Shown: positions 13,807 through 26,847 of the stretch, one piece after another
How positions within the stretch are numbered: position 1 is the stretch's first letter
How the letters are laid out: every line of letters begins with the position of its first letter
Source of the DNA: Ruditapes philippinarum
Taxonomy: Eukaryota
Assembly: GCF_026571515.1 (NCBI RefSeq)
Contig: NW_026853223.1
Location: forward strand, 1-55,238
Reading direction: 5' to 3'
Length of the DNA stretch: 55,238 nucleotides
Translations under genes and position numbers: made by a program
The notes under the pieces: generated by a model
Databases searched by the model: none
Told to the model about the DNA's origin: nothing
What the model saw: only the letters and a program-made list of their open reading frames with translations

Positions 13807-14570
13807 AACAAGAGCTGTCGGTAGGAATAGTAAATAAGAGTCTAGGTAATGTAGAAATTTCTAAGTTCAGAAGTAGCCATAATTATGTTTAAATCTTACT
13901 CGCACCTCCTCGGCCTTTCCGTCAAATTAAGGAGATAGACATCGAACATAATAGTTAGAATACACAGACCGGACTAACTAAACATGTACACATGGATGCA
14001 TGGAGTTGTTTATTCCAATATAGCGAGTAAATGTCCAACTTTATTAAGACAATTTATAGATATAAATGTAAACAGTACATTATTTTATATCTTATACTTG
14101 TAGAAACCGAAAGTAAAAATATCTACCTCCGGATTAGGTTATAATTTTTCATCAGTGGGAATTTATGAATTCATTGTGATTGTCAAACATATTTTCAATC
14201 ATAATAACCGAAGTAGACTTTCTTTTTCTTTTGATGTCAAATATATACATTCATTATACGTTATTAAAAATTATACCCTCTGTTTTTGTTTACATCTAAA
14301 ACCACGTGGTAGACCTACTTTAATCCGTATCAAGTCCGAGGTTAGTATGTCTAATAGCCGAGGTGTTCAAAATATATGGTACATGTAGAGTGCTCTACAG
14401 TAAGCCTTGGACAGCGACATTCTATCATGCTCTCAAATAAGTGTGTCAAGTTACAAAAGTTACAACCCATTCCCTTCAGTAGTTTTTAAGACTTAACCAA
14501 AGTGTCGCACCAAGGCCTGGGTGAGTACAGGCCTTGGGGGTCGCCCTATTCTTTGAATAGTCGCGACAGG
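13807..14570. mobile_element. degraded interspersed repeat (Helentron/HINE-like family) in GPCR intron
   Basis: Starts AAACAAGAGCTGTC and ends CCTATTCTTTGAATAGTCG; the same terminus occurs inverted at ~52655 (AGCTCGACTATTCGAAG). Family name is from recollection of bivalve repeats. Confidence 0.45.
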
Positions 14571-17500
14571 GTTGGCGAATATGGCATACATTTTGGTTAA
14601 TAGTCTTACCCCGGAATTAAGAATCTGAAAGAAGATTTTCACAGCTTTTCAGGGTTATAACTGTTACAAGTTGATTAAAAAGCGACTTTCAAGTTTATTG
14701 AATATATATCTGAGTTTTCATATTTACAATACAAAAACTTGAGACCAATACATATGTAATAGTAAACAATAATAAACAGTCACGTGAACATGTGAGGGGC
14801 AACACTATGAATAAATATATTAGATATACAATGTATTTGGACATATCAATAATGACCTAATGTAATACAAGAAAAGGAAAGAAAAAACCTTTATTTAAAT
14901 GTGTAGCTGTGCCTTGTTGAAAATTTGGCCTAATTATAGTTTTGGTGTTCAAGATAATTTTGTCAATTATCTAATTGCTATGCTTTTTGATAGGTCAATT
15001 TCTTTGGCCGTCAGTGACACGTGTTTTGTAAAATATATCAGTGTTATTGCACCGTGTATATTCAGTAACGCAGGAATGTGCAAATAACGCAGGAATTGTG
15101 CAAAAGTAAGGCAAAATTGTGCAATTTAGTGTCTGAAACATGCACCGCGATAAGTAATTGGGCCAACATTTTTCATTGCACACCAAATTGAATTGAAAGA
15201 AATTAATTAGAGCATACGGTTGCTGAGACATTTAACTTTAAACCTCATCAAAACAATTTCCATGAAAATGTTTATTTTTAAAGATCATTCGTGAAAATGA
15301 CGACCTAACTATCGTATTGATGGCGATTTTTAGTTTTGTTGGCATCTTTAAAAACTTACATATTACTTTATGACTTTTTATATGCGGTGTACCCGAGACA
15401 TTTTCCAATCTACTCGTGTCATATTACACTTAATTTAGACTATACACACCATTTTTACGAGGTAACGCTGAATTCGTGAATGGAGCACTGAAGCAACGTC
15501 GGTTATCTTATTAAACGTAGCTAAATCTTATTTTACCAACTTTCTTCTATTGTTATACAACACTTGTAGTTTGACAAATGTCTTAGGTATACAGGATATG
15601 AAAAAATATTGTTTTAAATGTGTTAAATGTACATATTTATTTGACGAAACACAAAAGTCACCTTCAAAACGGTAATCAGGTTGACTTTCTCACGACTGAT
15701 CAAAAGAAGTTAACACATTCCTGAAAAAAATTGTAATGCTGGTTTAAGTATAATGTCGTAGCGGCCGTATGCGCTCATTCATTTCTTTAAATTTGATTAA
15801 AAATAAAATATTTGGGTCCGTTTACTTACTGCGCTATTCGTTTTGGTAATAGTGTTTCACAGATTCGGCGTTACGGTTACATTATTTGCACATTCCTGCG
15901 TTACTGGATATTCACGGTGTACTGGGCCAGACAAATAATGTCATAATTTTCTGCTTTAAATTTGCAAGAAAATCGTGCAGATTTAACGAATATTCGCACG
16001 TGGTCTATCAATATGTTGTGCATGTCGAAGCAATGATTGTACCGAAATATTAGCCAGGAAAAAATCCCATATATGTCGAATTCTGGATAATATTTATCAA
16101 TTAGACAATTGTGATTTGGCAGTATAACTTTGGCATAATTATCCGTTATAAAGCTTAATTGATATGTATTGATATGTCTATAATTGGACAAATGAAATTT
16201 TTGCATCATGATCAGAATGAAAGCGAAGGATATAAATAAAATATGGTGTCCATATCTTTGTGTGAAAGGCAGCTCTGCATGCGTGCAATCCTCGCTTGGA
16301 CAAAAGAGTAGTATCAAGGATCGTATTATTAGATTAATTTCAGTGTTGTTATACTTTTCTTTTCCTTTAGAATAAATGATTCCAGCACATTTAGTGTTGA
16401 TAATTGAATATGTACCGCTTAAGTCGGTGTTATAGGGCATAAGATATGTTTCATTTTTTCATTATACCCATTAAACCGAGTTTGCAATTTTCATGTAAGT
16501 TATAGAATCAACAACTGTATAAGGATGTTCACCGTTGGTTAAATGAGCAACCGTTATGACAAGATTAGTACTTTTGGTCAATTAAACTATATGTCATTCC
16601 TGAAGGCCAAGATATACTGTATAATAGTTTTCAAATCGCCAACATGGTCTGTATATACATACTTTGTAGTCGTATTTCTCGTACTAGGAAAAGTTGTTAT
16701 CTTTTTATACAGGTTCAATAACAAATCAGGCATTGAGCATTTACTAACACTATTTCCTAGATTGAAGTGCAAAATTTAACCTTGTACGTACAGGGTATAT
16801 ATACCGTATATGTATAAACATTGGTTATTTTAATTTTGTCTTATCAACTGAAAACGCAATTACCTTTTTCTTTTCTTATAAATAAAATATTGTTCGTTTG
16901 TTCGTGTACGAATTGTTTTGTTCATCAAAAATATTATTATAATTGTTAACCTGTAATGTTGTTATAAATAAATTTTAGTAGAAATCCCGCCAAAAAAACC
17001 TAGGCAACCAGCCTAATTAGTGTCTTCTAAAAAAACACAGACTCAAATGAAAATTACATTTAATTCTATATTATTTATTTTAAAATACAATTTGTAAAAT
17101 ACTTAATCACTAAATGTTATTTTAACAGCAACAACCTCAACGAAAATCCTACTTTTATTCAGTTCTTCTCTGTGTGTTTTAAAAGAAGTCAATTTCGTGC
17201 TGGAGAAACACATTAAGTAAAATGTTACTTTTATATTTCACCCTAAACACCGAGAATGTTAATTATTACCAATACATACTCATTTAAACACTGGCCTTAA
17301 TGAGAATAGGCTTCAAACACGTACATACTTTACTCTGATTATTTCTTTCTTTCTTTTTGTTTCCTTGTGTTTTTTTTTTTTTTTTTTTTTTGGATATTGT
17401 CACATTTTCACTAATTGTCCCCTAATTTGTCACTTCACAGTTTTTATTCATGGTCACAAGAAATTGTAACTGTTGTACATTATTTTGATTGTTCTGTCAA

Positions 17501-17943
17501 ATGAAAAACACATTTAGTAAAGTTTACTAACGTGCGAATACGAAATAAGAAACTTGGAATTGCGTCAGACCGTTTATTGAATATGCTACACTGTAAAATG
17601 ACATGTTTAATTATCATTATTTTTTTCTATCATTTTAATTTTCTATAAGGTTTTTATAATTGTAAGTTATGAAATAATCATAAATTCTAACAATGTTGTA
17701 ACTTGGCTATAACACCTGATGCCTCACAATATTAGCTAAACTATCTGAGGGATAACATAAATGAAATCAATGTGCATCTCACTTTGCAAAACCAATACAA
17801 GTCAAGCGTTCAAAAACACATTCAAATCATCTTCATTTTATGGAAACCATAGTATCTTAGAGGAAAGATCATTTTACATATAAAAACATCAATATTAAAT
17901 TTACAGAAGATTATCTTTGTCTGTAACAACGCTTATATGATAG

Positions 17944-17990
17944 AAGAGAGAGAGAGACAGAGAGAGTGACAGACATACAGACAGACAGAC
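17944..17990. repeat. (AG)n/(ACAG)n microsatellite
   Basis: Directly visible. Confidence 0.9.
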
Positions 17991-18169
17991 TTGCAGGAAA
18001 ACCACACGAGTCTAGAAATTCTGAATGTTTCTGCAGATATAATTTGCAGACGTTATTTTAAACATTTCATTTTCGCACATTATATAGAAAGAAAACACAA
18101 TCCATCCATAGAAAATAACATTGTTATTTATTTCATAGTACGTGATTATATTTTTCATTTATATTTTAG

Positions 18170-20116
18170 GAGAAATGCAGGGATTGGTATTGTCCTAATG
18201 GACGTCAGCGTGTCGGCGTCAACTGCATTCCTATTTACAAAGACGTCATCAAAGCGAAATACAGTATATCTCTAAAGCTTATCCCAGACAGTTTGTCAAA
18301 AGACGTTTTCGAGAAAACAAACAAAACAATCTTCACTGATGATGTTTTAGCGCAGATGTTTGGATTTGACAATCAGATCACTACAGAAATTATTGTTCTT
18401 TCTATAACAGATGATAACTCTTACATTTATACATTTATACTGGTAAGCATAGATCGGAATTCAGTCAACAAAAGTATAATTTTTGATGAAACAACGTATG
18501 ATAGAGATATAGCTATCCTCACGGAGAACGGAACCGTTGGTGTCCACGTGGAGTTTTCTGTAGGTATCAAAATAGAATTAAGTACATACCCGCTTAGCGA
18601 TATTGTTATTATAGATCTTATTAAGTATACTGCTTTAATAAACATTTACAGGGTCGATGTTGAGGCCATTAAATCTTCATTCAAACATATGCAAATAAAC
18701 AAACTGTCATTTTGCACACAAGTGCTTCTTCATAGAAGCGAAATTCACGATTACATTGACATCTTTGACATAATCAAACCTGACACTCGTATTAATACCG
18801 GCGAGTTTGCAAGAACCACGAACTATGAACAGGTACGCATGTGCCTATCCGACTATCTCCGCGACGCCGGTAAATATCTCGAAGAGAAACGCAAGGGTCA
18901 GGTTTACTCACCACAGGCTATCGTTTCGGTTATTTGTAATATGATGTCAATTGCCGGTCTTTTAATCACTATCTTAACGTATGTCGTTTTCGACGAGCTG
19001 CGTTCTATTCCCGGAAAGAATAACCTAATGTTATCAGTACATCTTCTTTTCGCGCAGGTTTTATATCAGTTTGGCATGGATCAGACGGAGACCCCAAAGC
19101 TTTGTATCGCTCTAGGTGTTTTCATTCATTTATTTTGGCTTACTGCAATTTTCTGGATGAACGCATGCACTTTGCATATGTTTCGGACGTTTGTAACTGG
19201 ACAGAGTTATCGTTCCGTAAGAGCATTAGATCCGCAAGTCTGTTGTTATGCATTGTATTGCTATGGCATTGCTATTTCGATGGTAGCTATAAACATCACA
19301 GTTTCGATGTATAGATCCAATGGACAGGAAATCGGGTACGGTGGACGTGTATGTTATATATCGAACCCGGTTATGGTTGGTTGGGTGTTTGCCCTGCCTG
19401 TTGGCGTGATAATTATCCTTAACATGGGATTCTTTTTCGCCGTCGTATATCAAATATCAGCATCCACTATGCGTAGACGTGGAAAATCGACCGACCGCGC
19501 CAATACAGTGATATACATGAAATTATCATCCCTCACTGGAGTTACGTGGATTTTTGGCTACTTGTATCTATGGACCGATTTTACGCCCCTTGAATACATT
19601 TTCATTGTACTGAATGCAGGGCAGGGAGTATTCATATTCATTTCATTTATCTGTACGCAACGAATCACGAAACTGTACTGGAATTTGTTCCGGAAACATT
19701 GCCGGTCGTGTAGGAAGAACCGTTCGTGCGTATGCATATGTGCAAACAAGATGGACGAGTCGGAAGCTAATGCTGTAGAAATGAACACCGCAAAAATTTC
19801 GCTTACCGCAGCCTCGATCACAAAGGGATTTCATTCGCGCAAGCGCAAAGACGAAAGTAAATCCGGTTCCAATAACAAGACGCACTCGTCTTCAGATATT
19901 ATAAAGGATAGTTCTAAAATTGCTAAGCAGTTGTGCAACCCTGTTGCCAATGGTAATGGTCACGTAGAAAGCAACAGTGAAATTAACATGGATTTTGTAA
20001 ATTATAATGCTGGAGGGGTGGTCAGCGAGGGTCTTCAAAACGGACTTCAAAACATCGCAATCGCAGCCATTGGTTTACATGATATAGAGTTTATACCAGC
20101 CAAACATGGCGAATGA
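18170..20116 (+). CDS. GPCR coding exon 2: family-B (Methuselah-like/adhesion-like) 7TM receptor; joined protein ~1009 aa
   Basis: Acceptor ttttag|GAG at 18170 is in frame with ORF 18293 (FDPFL|EKCRDWYCPNG). 7TM motifs: TYVVFDELRSIPGKN, CIALGVFIHLFWL..FWMN, YGGRVCYI, FALPVG..ILN, KLSSLTGVTWIFG, LNAGQGVFIF. Confidence 0.93.
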   Translation, partial: EKCRDWYCPNGRQRVGVNCIPIYKDVIKAKYSISLKLIPDSLSKDVFEKTNKTIFTDDVLAQMFGFDNQITTEIIVLSITDDNSYIYTFILVSIDRNSVNKSIIFDETTYDRDIAILTENGTVGVHVEFSVGIKIELSTYPLSDIVIIDLIKYTALINIYRVDVEAIKSSFKHMQINKLSFCTQVLLHRSEIHDYIDIFDIIKPDTRINTGEFARTTNYEQVRMCLSDYLRDAGKYLEEKRKGQVYSPQAIVSVICNMMSIAGLLITILTYVVFDELRSIPGKNNLMLSVHLLFAQVLYQFGMDQTETPKLCIALGVFIHLFWLTAIFWMNACTLHMFRTFVTGQSYRSVRALDPQVCCYALYCYGIAISMVAINITVSMYRSNGQEIGYGGRVCYISNPVMVGWVFALPVGVIIILNMGFFFAVVYQISASTMRRRGKSTDRANTVIYMKLSSLTGVTWIFGYLYLWTDFTPLEYIFIVLNAGQGVFIFISFICTQRITKLYWNLFRKHCRSCRKNRSCVCICANKMDESEANAVEMNTAKISLTAASITKGFHSRKRKDESKSGSNNKTHSSSDIIKDSSKIAKQLCNPVANGNGHVESNSEINMDFVNYNAGGVVSEGLQNGLQNIAIAAIGLHDIEFIPAKHGE

Positions 20117-22155
20117 GATATGTTTAAGTCAAAACAATCCTTTGAAATACGGAAAAATACCAACTTGGTCACTATTGTATTATATATTTATTTGATATAT
20201 GGTGAAATGACTTTTTGATTCTCCTGCTGTTTTTATACGGCTGAAAATTATCTAAAAGTCTGAGATATCGTAATTTACTATTCACCAACTTCTAAATTAA
20301 CATATCCCCGCAACAAAATTCACCTGTGTCTATTAACCCATTACCAGATAAACACGCTTTTTTACGCCTTTTACTACCCCCCCCCTTTTTTTGTTGTCTC
20401 AAATGGTGAAAAAATGCCTTATTCATGCCCCAAACACTTGTTTTTGTTTGAGAAATGTTGTTTAAAAAAGTGAACACTTTTTCGGCGCCGCCCCATATCC
20501 AAAAGATACATCAAGGGGTTGCCAGAAGTGGGATGTGCCCACTTCTGTTTAGGGGTTTGAAGGGGGCGGCAGCCCCCTCATCGCCAAGAAAACTCTGGTC
20601 TTGTGAGGGGCTAAAATGATTCCAGATCGATCTTAAGGTAACGTGTAATCAACGAAAAAGCCTTTGACTCTATCTCAATCCATTAAGAAGTTGCAGCACT
20701 TTTGATAGAAAAAAATATAACGCAAAAAGCGATTTTGGTATTTTTTAGATGTCCCCTCGTTGCCATGGTAACAGGAAAATTAAGATAGAGCATATTGTTA
20801 CAATGGCAATGGTCCAGTCAACATTTGTGCCAAGTTTAATTAGTATTGAATCAGTTTTTATAATTTTACAGCAATTTGAACTTGTTACGGGAGACTTTTC
20901 AATGGAAACAGCCATTTTTTCACAAAATGCTCATGCGGTAATGGGCTAATGAAAAACAAAATGAAAAAATTCTACATAACAACAATTTCTCTTCAAAATT
21001 ATATGTTAGACCATGTTTTAACATGGAAGATCGCGATTTTGGGTCATTTCAGGTATTGTCATCATTTTCTGTTAAAGTATATCATTAGTTTGGTCCTGAG
21101 GAGACTCTTTTAGGTACGCTTGTAAATAATGTAGAACTGAGTTTATAAAACCAAAAGTTCAAAGGCAATGTAAGTCCGAAAAGTATGGTTTAAAGAAGTA
21201 GATGTCGATTGAAAACGTCAAATGAACTTTATTCAGTTATTGGCACAGTGTATTCTTTATATTTCTTTAGCCTATTTTCATTAATCGGTTTGAGTTATCT
21301 TCTTGTTAGAAAAATAATCTTAAAATGGGTAAGTGTAGCTGATAATTAAAAGAAATCACTTAAATGTCACCTGTAGTGTATTTATAATATACAATTACTG
21401 TTATTTTTGAATTAAATTCAATAAAAACAACATGCACATCTGGTTTTCATTAATGTGCATTAATTGTAGAATTGACAGTAGTGTTATCAAGGAGGGTGCA
21501 AAAATGCATTATCTTTATAAACAAAATGTCTAAACTTAAAAAATCACATGACATTTGAATACGTATGATATGGACATGTATGATTATGATGAAAATATTG
21601 TGATACAGGTTTTACGAAAAGCCGATTGTGATAGAAAGTTACATGTATATTTACTATTGATGTTTTGTTAAAAAATGTAAATTTGATAAAGTTAATTGCA
21701 CACACATATTGGAAAAGTGAGAGATGTATCGTACTAGTAAAATGGATAAACTCATTACCAATTGTTGCTTATCTTTAATTTCACCAAATGTGCCCAGGTC
21801 ATGATACATTGCAGAATTGTCAGTTTCATTGGTGACAGAATCAATTGTTACACGATAAAATACTTTTAACATGAAAACGTTCAGCGTCCCTAGTACGAAG
21901 AAGGCATCTCGAACAGCGTCGCCTATTGCTGGCAGTAACAACCCTTTTTTAGTTTGTGGACAGGTATTACTTTGGAATATTTCTTGACAGTTTTCTGGAA
22001 CCACCCAGCAAGAAAATAGCCGAATAGAAAGAACTAAATTGCCACAAGCACAACAATAATGTCGTGTTCAAGGATCGGAAATATTACCCCACTTATTGAA
22101 TGTTCTGGTCGACTTTTTACAGCCTCCACCCGGCGCAAACAACGCTGATATGGCG

Positions 22156-22298
22156 ATAAAATAGAGAAAATAAGAATCCCTAAAGAAAGGCCAACACGGC
22201 AAAATTGAAAATGTTGCAGGCTCGGTTTGATTGAGCTTGTTCATGGACGGTACTGCCAAGTGCAAACTACCGTCCACGCCCCCTAGCACCGGCTTAAG
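22156..22298 (-). repeat. dispersed repeat / transposon end (inverted copy at 8650-8743)
   Basis: About 95 bp shared with 8650-8743; extends to a GC-rich end next to TTAA at ~22294. Confidence 0.75.
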
Positions 22299-24063
22299 CA
22301 GAATTCAATATTTAACATGAACTGGTACAATTTTGAATTTTGGCACACCCGCAGATGTGTATATATGGCGGTTATCATAGAACTTTCAATAAGTGCCATT
22401 TCATGAAAAGCGGCATATGGTCCCCAAGTAAAAAATGCGTGTGCCCTAAACGAGAAAACAATGGGCAGAACTAAACAAAATGCAATTTTGAAAGGGGATC
22501 AGATGTTATAAGACTTCAATTTTTGGTGCTAAACCTTCTACCCAGAAATCAACAAAAACATTCAAAAACAACAACAGTAACAACAACAACAAAAAAGAAA
22601 GAAAAAGAAACAACATTATTTCCTATAAACAGATTTAATCTAACCGAGTATGCGATTTTCAAAAATATTTTTGTAATTACTGTCCGGAAATTTCGGAGAC
22701 GATTTTGGAATGCTTGCTATATGTTCGAAGGTGACCTTTAACATAACATTGAATGCAATGAAAAACTAGAGGAATATATTATATTTCAAGCATACCAATA
22801 AATCAAATTATTTTTCATTATAAACTTAGTAAATGTCATTCTAACAAATTAAAAGCTTAGCTATTATGAAATTACATAAATGACGAAAAGAACATTTCTT
22901 CTATCCTCAATAATTAAAAGATGTTTGTTAAGTAAAGTTATATAAGTAAGCATCAATTGTTTGTTTTCATTTCTATGAAAATATTGAACGTAGGAAAGAA
23001 ATTTTCCCCGAATGAAAAAGTTTTATAAAAGGCAATTGTGAAATTTTAAACAAATCTGGAAATATTTTGTTCGCTTGGATTCATATGGTTTCTTAGTTAT
23101 TAAATGGTCGTCAGATATTAATTAATAAAAAGAGAATATATAATTTGTTTCTATTCTATTTGGATGTCTTTAAGTATCTTATTTCTTTTAATTAATGTTT
23201 TGAATACAAATATAGTGTCAACATTTGACTTTATAACATTTTATTGGCAAAATTCATTAGATTATTTTCTATATTAACATTGTCTGAAACGAAATATAAT
23301 GATCTAATTACAGACATAAATATTATGAAAAAAGGGTATACGGATATATACGTTAAAGGAATAATCCTTTCAATTTCCTGCCTATATAACAGGACCAAAA
23401 GTGCATTGTACTATTTTTCTTGAAAAAAAAAGCAAAATACATCCGGCAAAAAATTGAAGCATAGTACATCTGTACATTTGATGCCAGTTAAAACAATCCA
23501 TGACCCCAAACATCAAACAGTTTATGAACAACAGTTAAGTAAGTTCTTCAAGAGAACATGCTTCAACATTCCCCCTATAGTTATTTTTGATTTGTAGCCA
23601 ACAGACCAACAGTGCTCCAGTATAATGGTTTTCTTTGTATATTCTTATTGTGATTTACTTGACACAGAATAGCTGAATTACAATGGAAAATGTTTTTGCC
23701 TATATCATTAAAGACATAGAAATCTGTCAAATGCGACGAGTATCTATCATATAGAATTGCGTCAGTTTTAGTTTCCCTACAGAATTATGTACCTCTAGTC
23801 GAATTACCTTTATTCAGGAAAGCATACTGTTTTGGTTTCTTAAATTCTCATACTCTTACAGGGCATTTCATGGCATAGAGGTTTAATTTGTTTACGTTCT
23901 GAGTTCTGTCTCAAGATTTTTCATTGGTCACTGTCCAATATGTGCTGGTTTAAGAGCAGTTAACTCCTTGAGAACTAAGTTTGAGGTGAGAAAATTCCAT
24001 GACTTGTTACATGATGAAGACTCAATTGCTGCATACCCGGTATAAACCCTTGGAACATTTCAT

Positions 24064-25172
24064 TCAGCGGATGCTTAAACATATTTTAACAATCCATTTA
24101 TTTCCATGAAGAACCGGACAGTTACAGTGTTCGTTACTTATATATTCTGAACCATCTCTAAACATGTTTTCATAAAGCAAAGCACTCCCTTTTTCTAATC
24201 TTACAGTGAGTCCTAATTTCTGAAAAATTTCGAACCCTCCGTCATCTACATTTGTTAATTGAAAAACAGCCGAAAAAATGCATTCTCTTTCAAAATAATT
24301 TACTTGTTGATCAGAAGAATCATTAATTCCAAACCCTCCAATCCCGTAATTAATCGCTCGAGCTCTGAAACTGATTAAGTCTTTGGTTCTTGAAAGCGCT
24401 AATATTTTTTGTTCAATTAATTTATATGACGTTACATGTGATAAATCAATATCTATAAAAGCCACAGCTTTTCCGTCTTCTACGTAAATCTTTTTTGTTA
24501 CATAAGAAGATGATTGTTCCTTGACAATCCTACGAATTGAATCTAGAGTTTTATCAGCTCTTACAATATGATGAAGAATAGCTAGACGTGGGCGATCTGA
24601 AATAATTTCTACCTTAACTGGATTAATAATCAACGCAGCTTGGTTATTATGCACTAGTTTACAATGGAGGTTCCTTTTCCGTGTTTTTATAACGGGTGAT
24701 TTCAATATTGCTTCCGTACAGAGATACAGAACATTTGAATTCACACCTTCTTGCGAATGGACCGCCAGCTTCATGTGTTTACAATCATGCACGGAGAAAG
24801 TCCGAATGCAAGAATTTAATGCAGATGATATTTTCTTGGCGTAAGTATTATTTTTACTATTCAATATGTTATAGATATGAATACTTTCCCGTGAGCAAAG
24901 ACATTTCTTTGTAACTAATGTTTTTGACATAAATTCAAGTTTATCAATATGATTTTCTTGGTCTATTTTAGCATATAAACCACTGTTGATATTTGCTAAG
25001 AATGTCAATGCGTGTTTAAAAGCACTTAGTCCGCTTTCTGAATCTGGTTTAATTGTTTGCACGATGTCAAGAATTTCATCAACAGTTAGATGCCTGGAAA
25101 CCTTGCCATTGATTTCACCGCGAAATATATCATTCCATTTTAGATTGTAGGCTGTTTGAATCCTGTTGATGC
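24064..25172 (-). CDS. prolyl 4-hydroxylase alpha-subunit-like, exon 2 (divergent 2OG-Fe(II) domain)
   Basis: INRIQTAYNL, LIINPVKVEIISDRP, NYGIGG, LTNVDDGGFEIFQKLG..V..EKGSA, EHCNCPVLHGNKW parallel P4HA motifs; phase-1 acceptor aatttag|GC at 25172. Confidence 0.9.
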
Positions 25173-25666
25173 CTAAATTAAGTAAGGACATGCTAGAAAA
25201 AAGTTATACATGACTATATTTTATAGGTTAGATAATGCACGTCTATTAAAAGATGCATAATGCATTATTTTATTTTGTTACACCTCGCATGACACTTGCA
25301 AAAGCAAAGCACTGCATGGATGGTGATTAATAAAAATATTATAGGCTATAAATATAAAAATCTAATTTAAAAAGTTGTGTTAAACCTTCAGGTGTGAATT
25401 TTTAAAATCGTAATATTGCGGCTTCACCTTTCAAATTTCTGTTGTTTTTTTTGAAATTGATGAAATTGCATTAATTCAAATTGGTACAAGTGCTTTGATA
25501 AGCTGAATTGTCACCATTATTAATCATGGTGACAAAGACAATAAATACGCCATAAACTTTAAGTGCGTCTTTTTCGATTTAAGCGAGACAGACATGTACC
25601 ATTCAATAAGAAGTATATGCCGCAATGATTAAAATGTCACAAACATTAAAAAAAACAGTTACATAC

Positions 25667-26129
25667 CCAGTGCTGCATTATGTAAATCCTTTGTTTTTGG
25701 CAGAACCACCATGCGTTTCTGAATCATCTTTTCTAGAAACGATGAAGTGTTATATTTTCCCTGTATAAGAATCTGTTTAGAGACGTTGTAATATTTCATC
25801 AAATGTTTCTGCATTCTGTAAACATGCAATTGATTTTGAAAAAGTTCGTTTCTATTTTGCTGCACATAGCCTTGTGTCTCGTGAATATCTATGTCTCTGT
25901 CACTCTGAAATATATCTACCATTTCTGCATGTTTGACAACTTCCTTCAAACAATTTACTCTAAATGTCTCTTCTTGAATAAATTGCTGTATAGCATTATC
26001 ATGTATTTTTGTATCAGTGCTCTTAATATAAGACAACAAGTTACCTATATTTTCAACAGATGCGGCAATATGCTGCTGTGTATATCCTCTGATCCTGATC
26101 AAAAATAGGAGCACTCCCCAAAACATCAT
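25667..26129 (-). CDS. prolyl 4-hydroxylase alpha-subunit-like, exon 1 (signal peptide and P4Ha N-terminal domain); joined protein ~523 aa
   Basis: MMFWGVLLFLI leader; NQLHVYRMQKHL (cf. NPxNAYxLxKRL); LPKTKDLHNAALG|INRIQTAY (cf. FPxxEDLxGAAxALxRLQDTY); donor CTGG|GTATGT. Confidence 0.88.
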
Positions 26130-26847
26130 CTTGACAATTTTGGAATAAGTCAGTCAATACGTTATGGTCTATACATACCAATTGGCATTTTGATGAAATG
26201 CGGAAACAAACTGTGCAGTAACAAATGTTTAAATTTTATTCCAACAAATTATGTGCTTCTGTTCCAAATAGTTAAACACCAACATTATAAATATGCTCCG
26301 ACAAGATTTCCCTTTTCCTTTCAACTCAATTCTTATCACAATTACAGCAATTTAAATATATCCATTTAATCTTTATTGTGAAATTACTTTTTTAAAACTT
26401 TTATATTGACTATATACTTAATGATTGTCGAGTCCACTTTTTTGTAGTGTAATTAAACACTGCATCACATCCGAGCAATAGTCAATAATAACATAAATTG
26501 AAAACACGTTATCACAGTAACACAAACAAATTATTGAGTTTATACTTTTAAATAAAAATCTTGCCTATATACTTTCCACTATGTTTCAATTAAAGAAACA
26601 ATTCATATTGTTCATTCACCACAAGTAATTACTTAACATATGTTACCTTTCTAACAGGCAAGTTTGTATCAATAATTTAAACAAATCTTTTTATATTGAT
26701 ATTTTATGCTTTATTAATATATACACTGAAATATTTGACTTTGATAAAAAATATCACTTGGAGTTTTAAGGAATAACAAACAAACAAATAAGATTTATTT
26801 CAGTATTTGAACTCATCTGGTTTATTTTATATTTATCTAAAATGAAT

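Noticed and set aside
15901-16440. 179-aa minus-strand ORF in the GPCR intron
   Set aside because: No recognisable motif or convincing splice context; composition is typical of random AT-rich or repeat DNA.
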